Source: a plasmid. From it: a stretch of DNA of 64,000 nucleotides. The notes under the pieces were generated by a model. That model did no database searches. It saw only the letters and a program-made list of their open reading frames with translations, and was not told the DNA's origin. The position numbers and the translations under genes were made by a program. The stretch lies in sequence record NZ_CP018188.1; one strand, 5' to 3'. This document shows positions 1 through 10,895 of this stretch, in pieces; positions within the stretch are counted from its first letter, which is position 1; the number at the start of each line of letters is the position of its first letter.

Positions 1-405
1 TATTTCATCAAAAGTTTCTACTAAATAGATATTCGTATGAATCAAGTCAGATAGATCATTACTCATTAAAATCCAAGGATTAGATTCATCATCAATGCTA
101 ATTCCCTGACTATCTTGATAACGATAGAGTCGAGATAGTAGATTAGCACCTCTTTCTTTCACAATTTCAATTTTTAAAGTCAATTCATAATCTTCAACAG
201 GATTGAGCATTTTATCTTCTCCTACAATATCGACATAAGATACATTAAACTTCTGACAAATGATGTCTATTAGTTCTGTAGATACTGAACTAGTTCCATT
301 TTCATAACGGCTTAAGCTATTTCGAGAAATTCCTATAATTCGGGCAAATTCGGGTTGTGTTAAGCCATGTGTTTTACGTAAGGATTTTATGTTTTTTCCA
401 ATCAT
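1..405 (-). CDS. XRE-family HTH transcriptional regulator, truncated by the window start (ORF continues beyond position 1)
   Basis: Hand translation of the minus strand from the ATG at 403-405 gives MIGKNIKSLRKTHGLTQPEFARIIGISRNSLSRYENG..., a classic XRE helix-turn-helix. Confidence 0.55.
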   Translation of the reverse strand, partial: MIGKNIKSLRKTHGLTQPEFARIIGISRNSLSRYENGTSSVSTELIDIICQKFNVSYVDIVGEDKMLNPVEDYELTLKIEIVKERGANLLSRLYRYQDSQGISIDDESNPWILMSNDLSDLIHTNIYLVETFDEI

Positions 406-474
406 AGCAGACTCCTTTTATTTGATACCACCATTATAACATTTAGAAAAAGCAAACGCACCATTTTTGGTGCG

Positions 475-747
475 TTATTGGCTGTTTTTCCTAAATCTCT
501 CTAAATTCTTCTCTAATTGTTCCTTATGAAGTTGATTCTTAGCTTCCTTTAATGTGTCGTTCAAAGTTTCTTCTCTATAAGTTGATTCTCTTTTAAGTTG
601 TTCTGTTTCTTGATTTGGAGTGAAAATGATATCTATCAGTAGGTCTATTTTTTCAAGATCTGGGACGGACATATCAGATAGTCGATGAATTAGCTTCTTA
701 AATATATCACCACTGTCTTGGTTTTTCTTAAAAAATGTTGTAAACAT
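475..747 (-). CDS. hypothetical small protein (90 aa)
   Basis: Charged, helical-looking ORF in a co-oriented minus-strand string of small genes (475-2050). No recognisable motif. Confidence 0.35.
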   Translation of the reverse strand: MFTTFFKKNQDSGDIFKKLIHRLSDMSVPDLEKIDLLIDIIFTPNQETEQLKRESTYREETLNDTLKEAKNQLHKEQLEKNLERFRKNSQ

Positions 748-773
748 CTATAATCTCTCAAAAAAGTAACCTA

Positions 774-989
774 TCAGGACTGCTTAGTATGATTCGGAAA
801 TCGCATCATAAATGGACTGCAATTTCTTAGATTCTCTTTTGCGGCTTTGACTTCTTTATCAATCATTAGGTCATTTGAGCCGGCCACTTGTTGGATAGTG
901 TCTAGAGCTTGTTTGAGTTCTTCTTCATCCTGACCAAAGACACCAATCAAGAAGACTGTTTGAAACAGTTTATCTCCTGTCTCTGTCAT
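774..989 (-). CDS. hypothetical small protein (71 aa)
   Basis: ORF in the same co-oriented small-gene string. No motif. Confidence 0.3.
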   Translation of the reverse strand: MTETGDKLFQTVFLIGVFGQDEEELKQALDTIQQVAGSNDLMIDKEVKAAKENLRNCSPFMMRFPNHTKQS

Positions 990-1011
990 GGTTTTTAATA
1001 GCTCCTCAGCT

Positions 1012-1311
1012 TCATCGATATTGCTTTCTAATTACATGACCTACTTTTTCCAAATAGATACCTGTACGAGCTAGTTTTTGTTGTTTCCCAATCTTTTGGG
1101 ATTCCATCAAAGTCTTCTTTGTTCGTAGTTTCTTCATGGCATCTGCTTTGGTCGAACTTTGTGCATGGAGACTCACAATCTTTTGATACAAACGATTCAA
1201 TTCACTTGGATAGTGAAACTCTCCCGCAAACATTTTTCTGCTTAACTCAATCCAGCTGATATTTCTTTCAGTCAAAATAATGGACAAGTTCCCCCAAAAT
1301 CGTTCAGCCAT
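1012..1311 (-). CDS. hypothetical protein with an HTH-like N-terminus (99 aa)
   Basis: FWGNLSIILTERNISWIELSRKM resembles an XRE-type helix-turn-helix. It may be a fragment of a larger regulator. Confidence 0.35.
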   Translation of the reverse strand: MAERFWGNLSIILTERNISWIELSRKMFAGEFHYPSELNRLYQKIVSLHAQSSTKADAMKKLRTKKTLMESQKIGKQQKLARTGIYLEKVGHVIRKQYR

Positions 1312-1323
1312 ATTGCTTCTCCT

Positions 1324-1704
1324 TTAGCTAGATAAATAATGTGTTTGTGCCATGTAAATCAATTGTTTCGTATCTCTTGGCAATAGAGCTCTAGCCTCTT
1401 CCAAATTCAGATTTGGATAAACTCGCTTATTTGAAACCGCAAGAGGAAGTCTGATGGTTAGTTCAGGATTTTTTAAAATCATCTCAACGAAATCTGTTAA
1501 TCTTAGATTGTCACGGTTCTTAAATCGTAATAAATTGGGAGATAAATACTCAAAACAATCTGAAGAATAGCTCATCATTTCAATTAATTTGTCCTTTGTC
1601 ATTTCAGAAATAGAATGAGGAGTGACCTCTATGCCATACTTTTGAAAGAAATCCAAAAGAAGTTGATTTCTTTGGCTATTTTTACTTAGATAGAGATCAA
1701 TCAT
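1324..1704 (-). CDS. hypothetical protein (126 aa)
   Basis: Overlaps the next ORF by 8 nt (1697-1704), suggesting operon-style translational coupling. Confidence 0.4.
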   Translation of the reverse strand: MIDLYLSKNSQRNQLLLDFFQKYGIEVTPHSISEMTKDKLIEMMSYSSDCFEYLSPNLLRFKNRDNLRLTDFVEMILKNPELTIRLPLAVSNKRVYPNLNLEEARALLPRDTKQLIYMAQTHYLSS

Positions 1705-2050
1705 GAGAGATCTCCCAAAGATTCGGTTCCCTTTGATATTCTGAGACGATTAAGGAATCTAATAAATTTGCGAAGTTAATCGGTTTATTGTCTTCATCAT
1801 AAGCTTTTACAGTTACTTGGGTTGTAAGTATTCCCTCTTTTCCCTCGGCTCGATAGCCTTGTCCATATAAAACAAAAACAAGATTTTGATGATCATCTAC
1901 AAAGGCATCAGCTCCGTTCTTTATATCCTGACTTTCAAGGAATTCCATAATGTTTTGAAGATAGGATTCATAAAATAGTGGGTAGTTGTGTTTTTTATGG
2001 TAATCATCTAAAAATGTCACTTCAAACTCACATGGATAATTGGGCATCAA
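1697..2050 (-). CDS. hypothetical protein (117 aa)
   Basis: First gene of the minus-strand small-gene string. An AT-rich promoter region lies upstream at 2050-2310. Confidence 0.4.
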   Translation of the reverse strand: MMPNYPCEFEVTFLDDYHKKHNYPLFYESYLQNIMEFLESQDIKNGADAFVDDHQNLVFVLYGQGYRAEGKEGILTTQVTVKAYDEDNKPINFANLLDSLIVSEYQREPNLWEISHD

Positions 2051-2955
2051 AAATAATTGTTCATCCAGCTGTTATTTTATTATTTATCTTACCTATTATA
2101 TAGAAGAAAAATAGTTTTATTTGTAGCTCACAAAATCAAGAAAAATTCCTTCTATTTTCTATTATGCTTTTTTTATTTTATTCTAGACTACTTTTTCTGA
2201 CCAACTTAAAAAGTTAACGCGTCACTCTCATTCTCGCTTTAAGCTTTTCAAAATTGAAAGAAATATGTGTAAAAAACAACATAATATCATAAACGAAAGG
2301 AAAATATTCTTTTATGATAAAAAAACATAGCGAAAAAGATCTCATTAATAATGAGCAACATATCTATGATTGTTTTTCCAACACGACCGCTTTCTTAGGA
2401 TTAGATAGAGTTGAAGTTAGCATAAAAGGAAAAATAAAGTTCGAAGGAACCAAGTTACAAATTTTCTCAAATAATAATAAAAAACTCACTGTTATAAAAT
2501 ATATTGATTCACGATATGAATATATGTGATAATTACAGCACATATTGAAAATGAACAAAATAGTTTTGGAGGTATTGATCAATTTATCATAATTGATTCA
2601 ATTTCTGAATCGCAAAGTGAACTATCTGAGCCCTTTTTGATAATCAAAAGAAGTTAGGATTCTCACATCCCAAATCATATGCAAAATGTTATGTATACGG
2701 AAAAGTCATTCATATATTCGAAAAAATAATTCTAATTGGATTGAACTTATTGTTAAGGACAATTTTGACTTCACAGTCAAACTCCAATATAGTAAAAAAA
2801 TGCGAGTATCAGACATAAATTATGATGTAGGTGACAATCTATTCATATATGCTTTAATTATTTCAAGCGAAAAAACAATAAATCAAAAAAAGCGTTCATA
2901 TTTCAATCTCATAGTAGAGGATATGATAAACAAAACCAGTCTAAAATAGAGAAAC

Positions 2956-2992
2956 AAAAAAACCGCCAAAAATAAATTTGGCAGTTTTTTTG
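2956..2992. terminator. hairpin plus T-run (aaaaccgccaaaaataaatttggcagttttttt)
   Basis: Stem gccaaa/tttggc followed by seven T. Confidence 0.35.
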
Positions 2993-3186
2993 GTAGGGAA
3001 CCTATTAATTCAAACAGTTTCTCATAATCGCTTATCGCAATAAAAAACCGGTATAGTAGGATTCCGCAATTAAATAGCTATATGACTATTATTTAAGACT
3101 AATTATATCTCCCGCATTTGCTAATAACAGTAAAGTGCTTCTTCAGATAAACTTATATTAAATTCGTATTAAGCATATAGTAAACA

Positions 3187-4620
3187 TACTAAGATTAGTA
3201 GTGAAGAAATCTCCGACGGGAGAGAGTACTCACTACTTTTTATTTGTGTTAAAGTAGTGGTGTCTTGTAAAGTCGTGGCTTCTTTTGACGCTAGACGTCG
3301 AGTATTGAAAATGACATCACTAAAATAAGGAATCATTTAAGACAAAGAGGTAATGTCATGTGTGCAGTATTTGGAATTAATGTGAGTAAAACAAGTTCTG
3401 AGGTGGCAATTTTAGTCAACGGTGAGAAGGTTTATGGCTATACTATACCTAATGACATTGTCGGATTTTCTCGTTTACTGGAAGATCTAAAGACCGTGAG
3501 CAACCTCGTAATTATTTTCGAAGCTACTGGTGTCTACTCTCGCCGACTTCAGGCCTTTCTAGAAGAAGACAGCTATGACTATACACGTCTTAATCCTTTA
3601 GCAACTTGATGGATTACGAGTTCGGAAAACCGATAAGATTGATGCAGAGAAACTAGCTTCGTCACAATTCGTCTTAAACCGTAAGCCAACTTACGTTCAA
3701 GAAGAAGTCTATCAAAACTTGCATGATCTTAGTCGATTCTACCAAAATCTGACAGAGGATATCGTAAGGACGAAGAATAGGCTGCACAAAGTTCTTCAAG
3801 TCGCCTTCCCAGAAATCTACTATCTACTCCTACAGGTGAGCAATATTGGAATCTCATGTCCATCTTCCCAACCAAGCATTGGGTGCTAAAATTATCAGAA
3901 GTTGAGTTGAAAGAGACTATTCGCCAGTCAACCTCTAAACGTATTTCAGAGAACAGAGTAGGTAACTTGGCTGAAAAGTTAGTTGGACTGGCAAAGCAAT
4001 CTTATTCTGCCATTTCAAAAACCTCTCCTATGATAGAAGAGGTTAAGTATAATGCACAGGAACTTATAAGATTGACAAACCGTCGAGAACAAGTTTTAGA
4101 ACAGTTGATAGAGTTAGCTAAAACTCTACCTGAATATGAGTTTCTTCTCTCTATTCTTGGTATCGCAGAAACAACGGCTACAAGCGTTATTGGCGAATTA
4201 GGAAACATTCGTTGCTTTAAGTCTGCTAATCAAATCAACACTTTTATCGGTATTGATCTCAAACACTATGAATCGGGAGATTTCCTAGGTCAAGAGCATA
4301 TCACTAAGCGTGGGAATCCTTATGCCAGAAAAATCTTGTTCAAGTGCATTTACAACATCGCTTCAGCTAGCCATACCAATCCCTGCCATATCGCTAACTT
4401 TTATGAGAAACGAAAAAGACAATCGACAATAGCTTCAACTAAGCCACATACGATTACCTCTATACACCGCCTTATTAGGAAAATGTATCACCTCATTACG
4501 CATAACAAACTTTACGATTACTCTTTGACCCAAAATCGATAAGGCTGTCTATGCCGTATTATTGTAACACCTTGTTTCAAAAAATACCAGATGAGGTGTT
4601 TTTTTAGCATGCCCTTTTAT
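3187..4620 (+). mobile_element. IS110-family insertion sequence, copy A (degenerate)
   Basis: Its ends were set by a near-identical inverted match to 19185-20700, with both flank blocks (3187-3340 vs 20560-20700, and 4480-4620 vs 19190-19330) aligning as reverse complements. No terminal inverted repeats, which is typical of IS110. Confidence 0.65.
3358..4542 (+). pseudogene. IS110-family transposase split by frameshift or stop (ORFs 3358-3609 and 3856-4542)
   Basis: N-terminal piece MCAVFGINVSKTSSEVAILVNGEKV...EATGVYSRRL is the DEDD/RuvC-like domain. C-terminal piece carries GIAETTATSVIGELGNIRCFKSANQINTFIGIDLKHYESG, an IS110 C-terminal signature. Confidence 0.7.
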
Positions 4621-4639
4621 GGATCAAAAACTCTAAGCA

Positions 4640-6090
4640 GGCTTAGCCTACTAACTCATGACAGAAAAGAAAGTTCGGCTTATAATGAAGGTGAACAATA
4701 CCAATCCGTTGTCTTTAATAGGGCTTTGCCTAGCCTGTATCAAAAACTGGATGAACAAGAGTCATGAGATAACTCGAATATGCCTTGAGCATGAAAATAA
4801 AATTACTAATAGCCTCTTGTTCTATTGTTCAATAGTTAACAGGAGGTTTTTGTAATGGAAGTTATGATTGAAACTTGTTGTGGAATTGATGTCCACCAAA
4901 AGTCTATCGTTTGTTGTATTCTAGATGGTCCACTAGAAAGCAATAAACCTAAAAAGATTCAGAAAAAATTTGGTACAACAACTATAGCTCTCCAAAACGC
5001 CTTAGATTGGTTATTGGAAAATCACGTCACACATGTCTTTTTTGAAAGCACTGGCCAATATTGGGTACCACTCTTTAATATATTCTCAGACTCAGAACTC
5101 AATTTGATATTAGCTAACCCCCAACATATCAAGAATGTGCCTGGTCGAAAAACAGACATGAAAGATGCCGAATGGATTGCACAGCTCGGACGTTGTGGAC
5201 TTATTGAGCCATCTTACATTCCAAGCCCTGAAGTGATGCAGTTACGTTTACTCACTCGTAGGTTACGTTCTTACAAACAACGTCAAACTCAAATAAAGAA
5301 TGAGATTCATAACCTCTTACAACGTGCTAATATCAAACTAACCAGCTATCTTTCTGATATCTTCTCTAAGACAGGACAGTCTCTTTTAACGCTCTTTATC
5401 AATGGGGAACTCATTGATTATGACAATGTGACAGCTTGTATTCACAAGCATGTCAAAGCAAGTCCCGAAGAATTAATGGAGGCCATGAATGGGAAGTTGT
5501 CACTGGAGGATCGATTTCTCTTGGAGCAAAGCCTAGAAGAATATCAATTGTATCAAAAACTCATGAATAAATTAAGGAGTGAAATAATAGCTTATATCGA
5601 AAAGGAGTTTCCCTGAAGAAAATAGATTACTTCAAATGATTCCTGGTGTGAGTGAAACTTGTGCAGCCACTATTTTAGCTGAGATTGGACCAGATGTGAA
5701 GGCTTTTCAATCAGACGCACACTTAGCTTCTTGGGCTGGGCTCTGCCCAGGATCTTATGAAAGTGCTGGCATTAAAAAATCCTCACATATCACGCAAGGA
5801 AATCGATATATCAAACAGGCTTTGACCATGTCGGGATTGATTGCGGCTCACTCTAAAGACAATGCGTTTTCATCTTTTTATAGCAAAATTTCCCAAAGAG
5901 GAAGTAAGATGAAAGCCGTCATTGCTTGCGCACATAAGCTGCTTCGTATCATTTACAAAATTCTCGCAACACACCAAGAATACGACAAAGAAAAAGTGCT
6001 AGGACTGAGGCAACAGTTCTAACACCGAAAATTTAAAAAATCTCAATTACAGTATAGCACAAGAAGAGTTTTTTTGCGCTATTTTTAATG
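4640..6090 (+). mobile_element. second, distinct IS110-family element (approximate bounds)
   Basis: Encloses a split transposase gene. Its boundaries are not defined by repeats. Confidence 0.45.
4855..6022 (+). pseudogene. IS110-family transposase, interrupted (ORFs 4855-5616 and 5636-6022)
   Basis: MEVMIETCCGIDVHQKSIVCCILDG (DEDD N-terminus) and GVSETCAATILAEIGPDVKAFQSDAHLASWAGLCPGSYESAGIK (IS110 C-terminal region) lie 19 nt apart in different frames. Confidence 0.7.
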
Positions 6091-6149
6091 TTTTTTTCAA
6101 ATAAAAAGACAGTATCCTCAGAATAGCTACTGTCTTATCTGTTTTATTA

Positions 6150-6195
6150 CTTAAAGCCTTGATAGACTTGACTAAGGGTAGAAAAGAGCCATTTT
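6150..6195. repeat. solo ISL3-type terminal repeat remnant (ttaaagccttgatagacttgac...ggtagaaaagagcc)
   Basis: Matches the right end of the intact ISL3 at 15166-15205 and the reverse-complement copies at 18528-18570 and 19085-19127. Confidence 0.5.
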
Positions 6196-6503
6196 CTATT
6201 GATTCCAAAAAACTATCTATACTGTGATAACATGAATAACAGGACACTCTATGAAGATAATTTATATAAGTTAGAGAAATCACTCTCATCTGAGAAGCGA
6301 TCTTTAGATAATCCGCATTGAAAATTGTTTATTAAATTTTGAACAAAAACTACTCAAGCTGACAAACTAGCATAATTATAAATTTTTTTGAATAATAGCA
6401 TATATCAAACCTAAAATAGAGACAGCTACCCATATCCAAAATTTCCATCGCACATTGTCAAGTCAAGTGCAACAAGTTCATTGATAGCCTAATATTCCAT
6501 TTA

Positions 6504-7251
6504 TTAGGCTGTTTGGGCTAGCCCAAACAGAAATTTTGAAGTTTTGTAATGGTGAAGTCGTCTAGGCCTCCCATTGATAGCTGCTATATACTGAGAGAGC
6601 TCTTCTTCAGTTAGTGGGTTTAAAGATTGTCCTTTAGGAAGAAACTCTCTAAGTAGCCCATTAAAGCTTTCGTTTGTTCTCCTTTCGCGTGACGAATAAG
6701 GATGAGTAAAGTAAATCTCGATGTCATTTAATTCAGATAAGAGACTAAACTCAGAACCGTTATCAGTTGTAATGGATACGATTGGATAACGTTTCATCAA
6801 GTCTTGGAGAGCCTCATTGATGGTCCCAGCTTCTTTATTAGACAACTTACAAGCCCAATCAGACATACGAAAATCATGTAAAACATAGAGTAAAATTTCT
6901 CTACTCCACCAAAATCCTCCATAACAAGTTCCAAAAAATCACTTGATCCTTTACTAACATAATAACCCCCAGTAGATAAATCTGTTAACTTGGAAATTCT
7001 TTTAGGATTTTCAAACGGGATACCTGTCAGAGCCAATCCTCTCCATGCAGGAGAGCTTCCGATTATCATTCTCCTCTTATTACAATCATTGTAAAATTTA
7101 TTATAATAATTCTTACTTGTTCCTTGGCCCTATGAAGTTTCCTCTGAAAAGGGTTTATCACTTGGTAACCATAAGGAATCTTCTCTCGAGTTTCAGATAA
7201 AAAACTATGGAATTGATCAGTTTGGTATGAAAAAGTGGATTCCGTACCCAT
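6504..7251 (-). pseudogene. IS30-family transposase remnant (three ORF fragments: 7066-7251, 6797-7069, 6504-6866)
   Basis: C-terminal fragment YFTHPYSSRERRTNESFNGLLREFLPKG...INGRPRRLHHYKT is an IS30-type DDE signature. The upstream fragments are in other frames. Confidence 0.55.
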
Positions 7252-7276
7252 ATTATCTGATAGAGGAATACAAAAC

Positions 7277-9070
7277 TTAGTTTGTTAACTTTCTATTCGA
7301 AATATCTTTATTTAATAAAAGATTAAATTCTTCAGCGTCATAAATATTTGAAATACTGGAATCAATTATGCTCCCATCTTTTTTAATAAATAATACTCTA
7401 TCAAAATCTTCGATTTCACTTAAATTATGTGTCACTACTAAAACTGTTTTATTTGAGACCAATTCCTTTAGATTTTGAAAAAAATTTTTTTCACTTCTTC
7501 GATCAAAAGCTGAAGTTGGTTCATCTAATATAAAAAAATCTTTCTTAGAATCTAATAGTATTCGAGCAAGTGCTAGTCTCTGCTTTTCTCCTCCACTTAG
7601 ATTCTGATTATCCTCAGATAATGATGCTATCTGATTATCCAAGCGGTTAGTTAAGTTTTCCTCTTTTGAAATATTATCTAAAAGATATTTGAACTTATCT
7701 ATTTGAATATCTTTATTCACTGCTAAGTTTTCTTCTATTGTTCCAGCAAAAAATGAGAATTCCTGTGGTAAAATACCAATTTTTTTTATCATCGAATCGA
7801 AAGAAATTGAAGCTACGTCTTCACCATTTATTAAAATACACCCTTCAGTTGGCCTATATATCCCCAGAAGCAACTTAATAAATGTGGATTTCCCAGAACC
7901 ATTTTCACCAACTAATGCAATTTTTGAAAAAGTAGTGATATCCTCAATCTTTACATTAACATTCTCAAGAATGTTATTCCTTGATTCTTCAGGCTTAAAA
8001 CTAACATTTTTGAACTCTATACTAGATATTTCATGTATATCAACCATAGTTTGACTATTTACTGTAGGTTCTATAAAATCAGTGACACTTGATATATAAG
8101 GCTCGATTCTATTGATGCTCTCTAATGACTGAAAAGCTTGAGTACTACTCATTACAAATTGTGTAGCCATACCAATATAAATTGGTATAACAACTAATAG
8201 ATTTAAATTTATAGCTATATTTAAAATTAGGAGAAGATAAATTACAATAAATAATATTATCTGAAATTTATAAAATAATCTTGATTTCTTATCATTATTA
8301 TGTTTGTATTCTATTGAATCATCTAGTCCTTTTTCATTAAGTAAAAAGTATTTTTTTGAGAAAAATTTTTCCCTTGAAAATGTCTTAATTACATTATAAA
8401 TAGGGTAATTATTTATTATATTATAAATGAAGGAATTCCTTCTCTCTTCTACTCCTAATATTTGTTCAAATAAATTCTTCTGTTCCTCAACCGCTACTTT
8501 ATGGTTCAAATCTCTAACAAAAATAATAATGATTCCGAATATAAGGACAACTATTGAGATGAAAAAAATAGGTACACTCCATAATTTAAATAACAAATAT
8601 CCGAAAGCAAATAAATATATTATAATATTTAATGAAAAGAAGATTAAATTAACGAAATGCTGAAAATTATTACTAACTCCACCAATGTAAGTCTGATTAA
8701 ATCTATACTGATTTAATTTATTATCAAGATTTTCACTAATAATTGTATGTGGGTCTTTTCTTAGTACATTCTCTATCGTTCTATTCAAAATTGAATCGTC
8801 TATCTTTTTACCTCCAATTATATGTAGCTGTCGAATCAATACACGCACAAATTCGAACATCAAAATTACTATACTAAAATAAATAAGCTGTCTAAAAAAA
8901 ATATGCTGCCTGTTAACCAAAACACTGATAAACCAACTAATTAAACCCAGTCTCCCCAAATTGCTTATCATATCAGTTATAACTACTAAAAAGGAGAAGA
9001 TAGAATACCTAGGTTCTTTTTTTAAGATATAAATTATTAATTTATAATAGTTACTATTGGTTATTTTCAT
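7277..9070 (-). CDS. ABC transporter, fused permease/ATP-binding half-transporter (597 aa)
   Basis: N-terminal transmembrane segments. C-terminal Walker A GENGSGKST, signature LSGGEKQRLALAR and Walker B FILDEPTSAFD. Overlaps the upstream partner by 17 nt. Confidence 0.8.
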   Translation of the reverse strand: MKITNSNYYKLIIYILKKEPRYSIFSFLVVITDMISNLGRLGLISWFISVLVNRQHIFFRQLIYFSIVILMFEFVRVLIRQLHIIGGKKIDDSILNRTIENVLRKDPHTIISENLDNKLNQYRFNQTYIGGVSNNFQHFVNLIFFSLNIIIYLFAFGYLLFKLWSVPIFFISIVVLIFGIIIIFVRDLNHKVAVEEQKNLFEQILGVEERRNSFIYNIINNYPIYNVIKTFSREKFFSKKYFLLNEKGLDDSIEYKHNNDKKSRLFYKFQIILFIVIYLLLILNIAINLNLLVVIPIYIGMATQFVMSSTQAFQSLESINRIEPYISSVTDFIEPTVNSQTMVDIHEISSIEFKNVSFKPEESRNNILENVNVKIEDITTFSKIALVGENGSGKSTFIKLLLGIYRPTEGCILINGEDVASISFDSMIKKIGILPQEFSFFAGTIEENLAVNKDIQIDKFKYLLDNISKEENLTNRLDNQIASLSEDNQNLSGGEKQRLALARILLDSKKDFFILDEPTSAFDRRSEKNFFQNLKELVSNKTVLVVTHNLSEIEDFDRVLFIKKDGSIIDSSISNIYDAEEFNLLLNKDISNRKLTN

Positions 9071-10862
9071 CTATTTCCTCCATTTCATCTTCGTCGACAA
9101 ACATATTTCGATATATTCCCTCACTTGTTATCAATTCTTCATGCTTTCCTCGTTGAACAATATTCCCTTTATCTAAAACCAGTATTTCATCCGAAAATTT
9201 AGTACTACCAACTTTATGAGAAACAAAAATCATTCCTACATGTTGCAATTTATTTTTTACAAAGTCATAAAACATACTCTCTTTTGAGGGATCTAAAGCA
9301 GAGGTAGCTTCGTCAAAGATTCCAAAATTTCTTTGAAAATATACTACTCTAGACAACAACAATAATCTCCTTTCTCCCCCTGAAAATTCCACTCCATTAT
9401 TGTCTTCTTGGCTATTGATCTCTGAATCTACTCCTTTAGTTAGATCACTGATTTTTTTTGATAAACCAACTTTATCAATTGCTTCATAAATTTTTAAATC
9501 ATTTTTATTATCTGAAAGAGATATATTTTCTGAAATAGTTAGATTAAATAAGCTATTTTCCTGTGGTAAGATTGAAAACATATACTTAGCTATAGCTTTA
9601 TATTGCTCATACTTTAACTTTTGGTTATTAATATAAATATCTCCTGAAGAAGGTTTTAGCAACCCTAATATTATATTGACTAACGTTGTTTTTCCGGAAC
9701 CATTTGTTCCTACTATAGCTATTTTATCTTTATCCGTAATCTTAAAGGAAATATCTGATAAAATATAATCTCCCTCATCTTTTGCTCGATAATAAATTTT
9801 GTCAAATCTTATATTTATATCTTTCTGAAGAAAAGTATTTAAAAATTCATCGTTAATAATTGATGATTTCGGGTAGACTTTATCCTTAAAATACTGACTC
9901 CAGTTTTCAACGCTTTCAAAATTTTCATATACATTTCGAAGTGTCCTAAATAGTCGGTTTGTCTGATTTAATAGGTAGTTAACAAGCATAATGATTACCA
10001 TTATTGAGGATAATGAATTTTTATAATCAATATACTGTTTAGAAACCAATAATAATATTAATAAGCCTAACCAGGGTAAAAACTGTTCCATTGTTTCGAA
10101 AATCAGTGTTTTTCGTGTCATTTTTTTTAAAATATCTAAGTACTCATTGTTGAGATAATAATTTTTAGATAAGAGCTTATCTAATCTGCGAGTATATTTG
10201 GTATCCAAAATATTTTCTTTTTTTATTTCCTGAGAAATCAGAAAATTGGTTGTAGCGATATTATTATCAAGAAATTCTTTATATTTTGTCTTAATTTTCG
10301 TGTAAATTGATATCATAAAAAAACTTATCGAAAATAATAAAATTGATATAACTGAATACACTGGATTGAAAAAAAACACTACTATAACACTCAAAATATA
10401 AACTACTGCTAACGATAAGCCTTCCAAAAGTTCATTTAATTGAAATTCTAATCCTTTATTTCCACCACTAAAGATAGAAAAGTATGCTTTTTCTATCTTT
10501 AGCTGTTCAGTATCTGATTGCAGCAATTCAAAGTCGGTCTTTAAAATTTCATTACCTATTTTATATATTTGTGAATATCTAAAAGTATAAGTTAAATCTG
10601 TAAAATGACATCTAAATCTACTATGTAAAATTTTTAAGACCATATAGATAATTGACGTTATTGATATAAAGAATATCTTTGAAAGTAAATCTGAACCATT
10701 TTCAAATAAAATAAGAGTCAAAAAAACTAAGATAAAGTCTATAAAGTTATTAAAAATAGAAAGAAGAAAAAAAGTAATTACCTTTTTTCTATCCTTATAT
10801 TCTAAAGACTTAAAAAATTTTTTTACAAATTCAATTTGTTTTTGTATGTAATCAAATATCAT
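9054..10862 (-). CDS. ABC transporter, fused permease/ATP-binding half-transporter (602 aa), probable heterodimer partner
   Basis: Transmembrane N-terminus. GTNGSGKTT (Walker A), FSGGERRLLLLSR (degenerate signature) and IFDEATSALD (Walker B). No C39 peptidase domain. Confidence 0.8.
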   Translation of the reverse strand: MIFDYIQKQIEFVKKFFKSLEYKDRKKVITFFLLSIFNNFIDFILVFLTLILFENGSDLLSKIFFISITSIIYMVLKILHSRFRCHFTDLTYTFRYSQIYKIGNEILKTDFELLQSDTEQLKIEKAYFSIFSGGNKGLEFQLNELLEGLSLAVVYILSVIVVFFFNPVYSVISILLFSISFFMISIYTKIKTKYKEFLDNNIATTNFLISQEIKKENILDTKYTRRLDKLLSKNYYLNNEYLDILKKMTRKTLIFETMEQFLPWLGLLILLLVSKQYIDYKNSLSSIMVIIMLVNYLLNQTNRLFRTLRNVYENFESVENWSQYFKDKVYPKSSIINDEFLNTFLQKDINIRFDKIYYRAKDEGDYILSDISFKITDKDKIAIVGTNGSGKTTLVNIILGLLKPSSGDIYINNQKLKYEQYKAIAKYMFSILPQENSLFNLTISENISLSDNKNDLKIYEAIDKVGLSKKISDLTKGVDSEINSQEDNNGVEFSGGERRLLLLSRVVYFQRNFGIFDEATSALDPSKESMFYDFVKNKLQHVGMIFVSHKVGSTKFSDEILVLDKGNIVQRGKHEELITSEGIYRNMFVDEDEMEEIDENNQ

Positions 10863-10895
10863 TTATACTACTCCAAATCGTAAGTTACTATTCAA

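Noticed and set aside
2314-2949. ORFs 2314-2529 (+), 2364-2582 (-) and 2686-2949 (+) in an AT-rich intergenic stretch
   Set aside because: Overlapping, low-complexity, with no RBS or motif. Most likely chance ORFs in AT-rich DNA between the small-gene operon and IS110 copy A.
4658-4855. 65-aa ORF between the two IS110 elements
   Set aside because: It lies in the IS terminal region and ends exactly at the transposase start. It is probably non-coding.
6047-6289. 80-aa minus-strand ORF
   Set aside because: It spans the solo ISL3 terminal-repeat and hairpin remnant (6105-6195). The frame looks like an artifact of that repeat.
8427-8663. Antisense ORFs inside large genes (8427-8663, 11224-11562, 24049-24441, 26249-26434, 32343-32814, 34195-34571, 35257-35559, 36129-36362, 37461-38292, 38450-38641, 39143-39624, 39986-40542, 42874-43110, 43436-43666, 46262-46513, 48096-48746, 52152-52617, 53195-53413, 54255-54647, 55446-55691, 57042-57356, 57590-57805)
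   Set aside because: All are fully embedded in, or antisense to, well-supported longer genes and lack RBSs. They are treated as frame noise.
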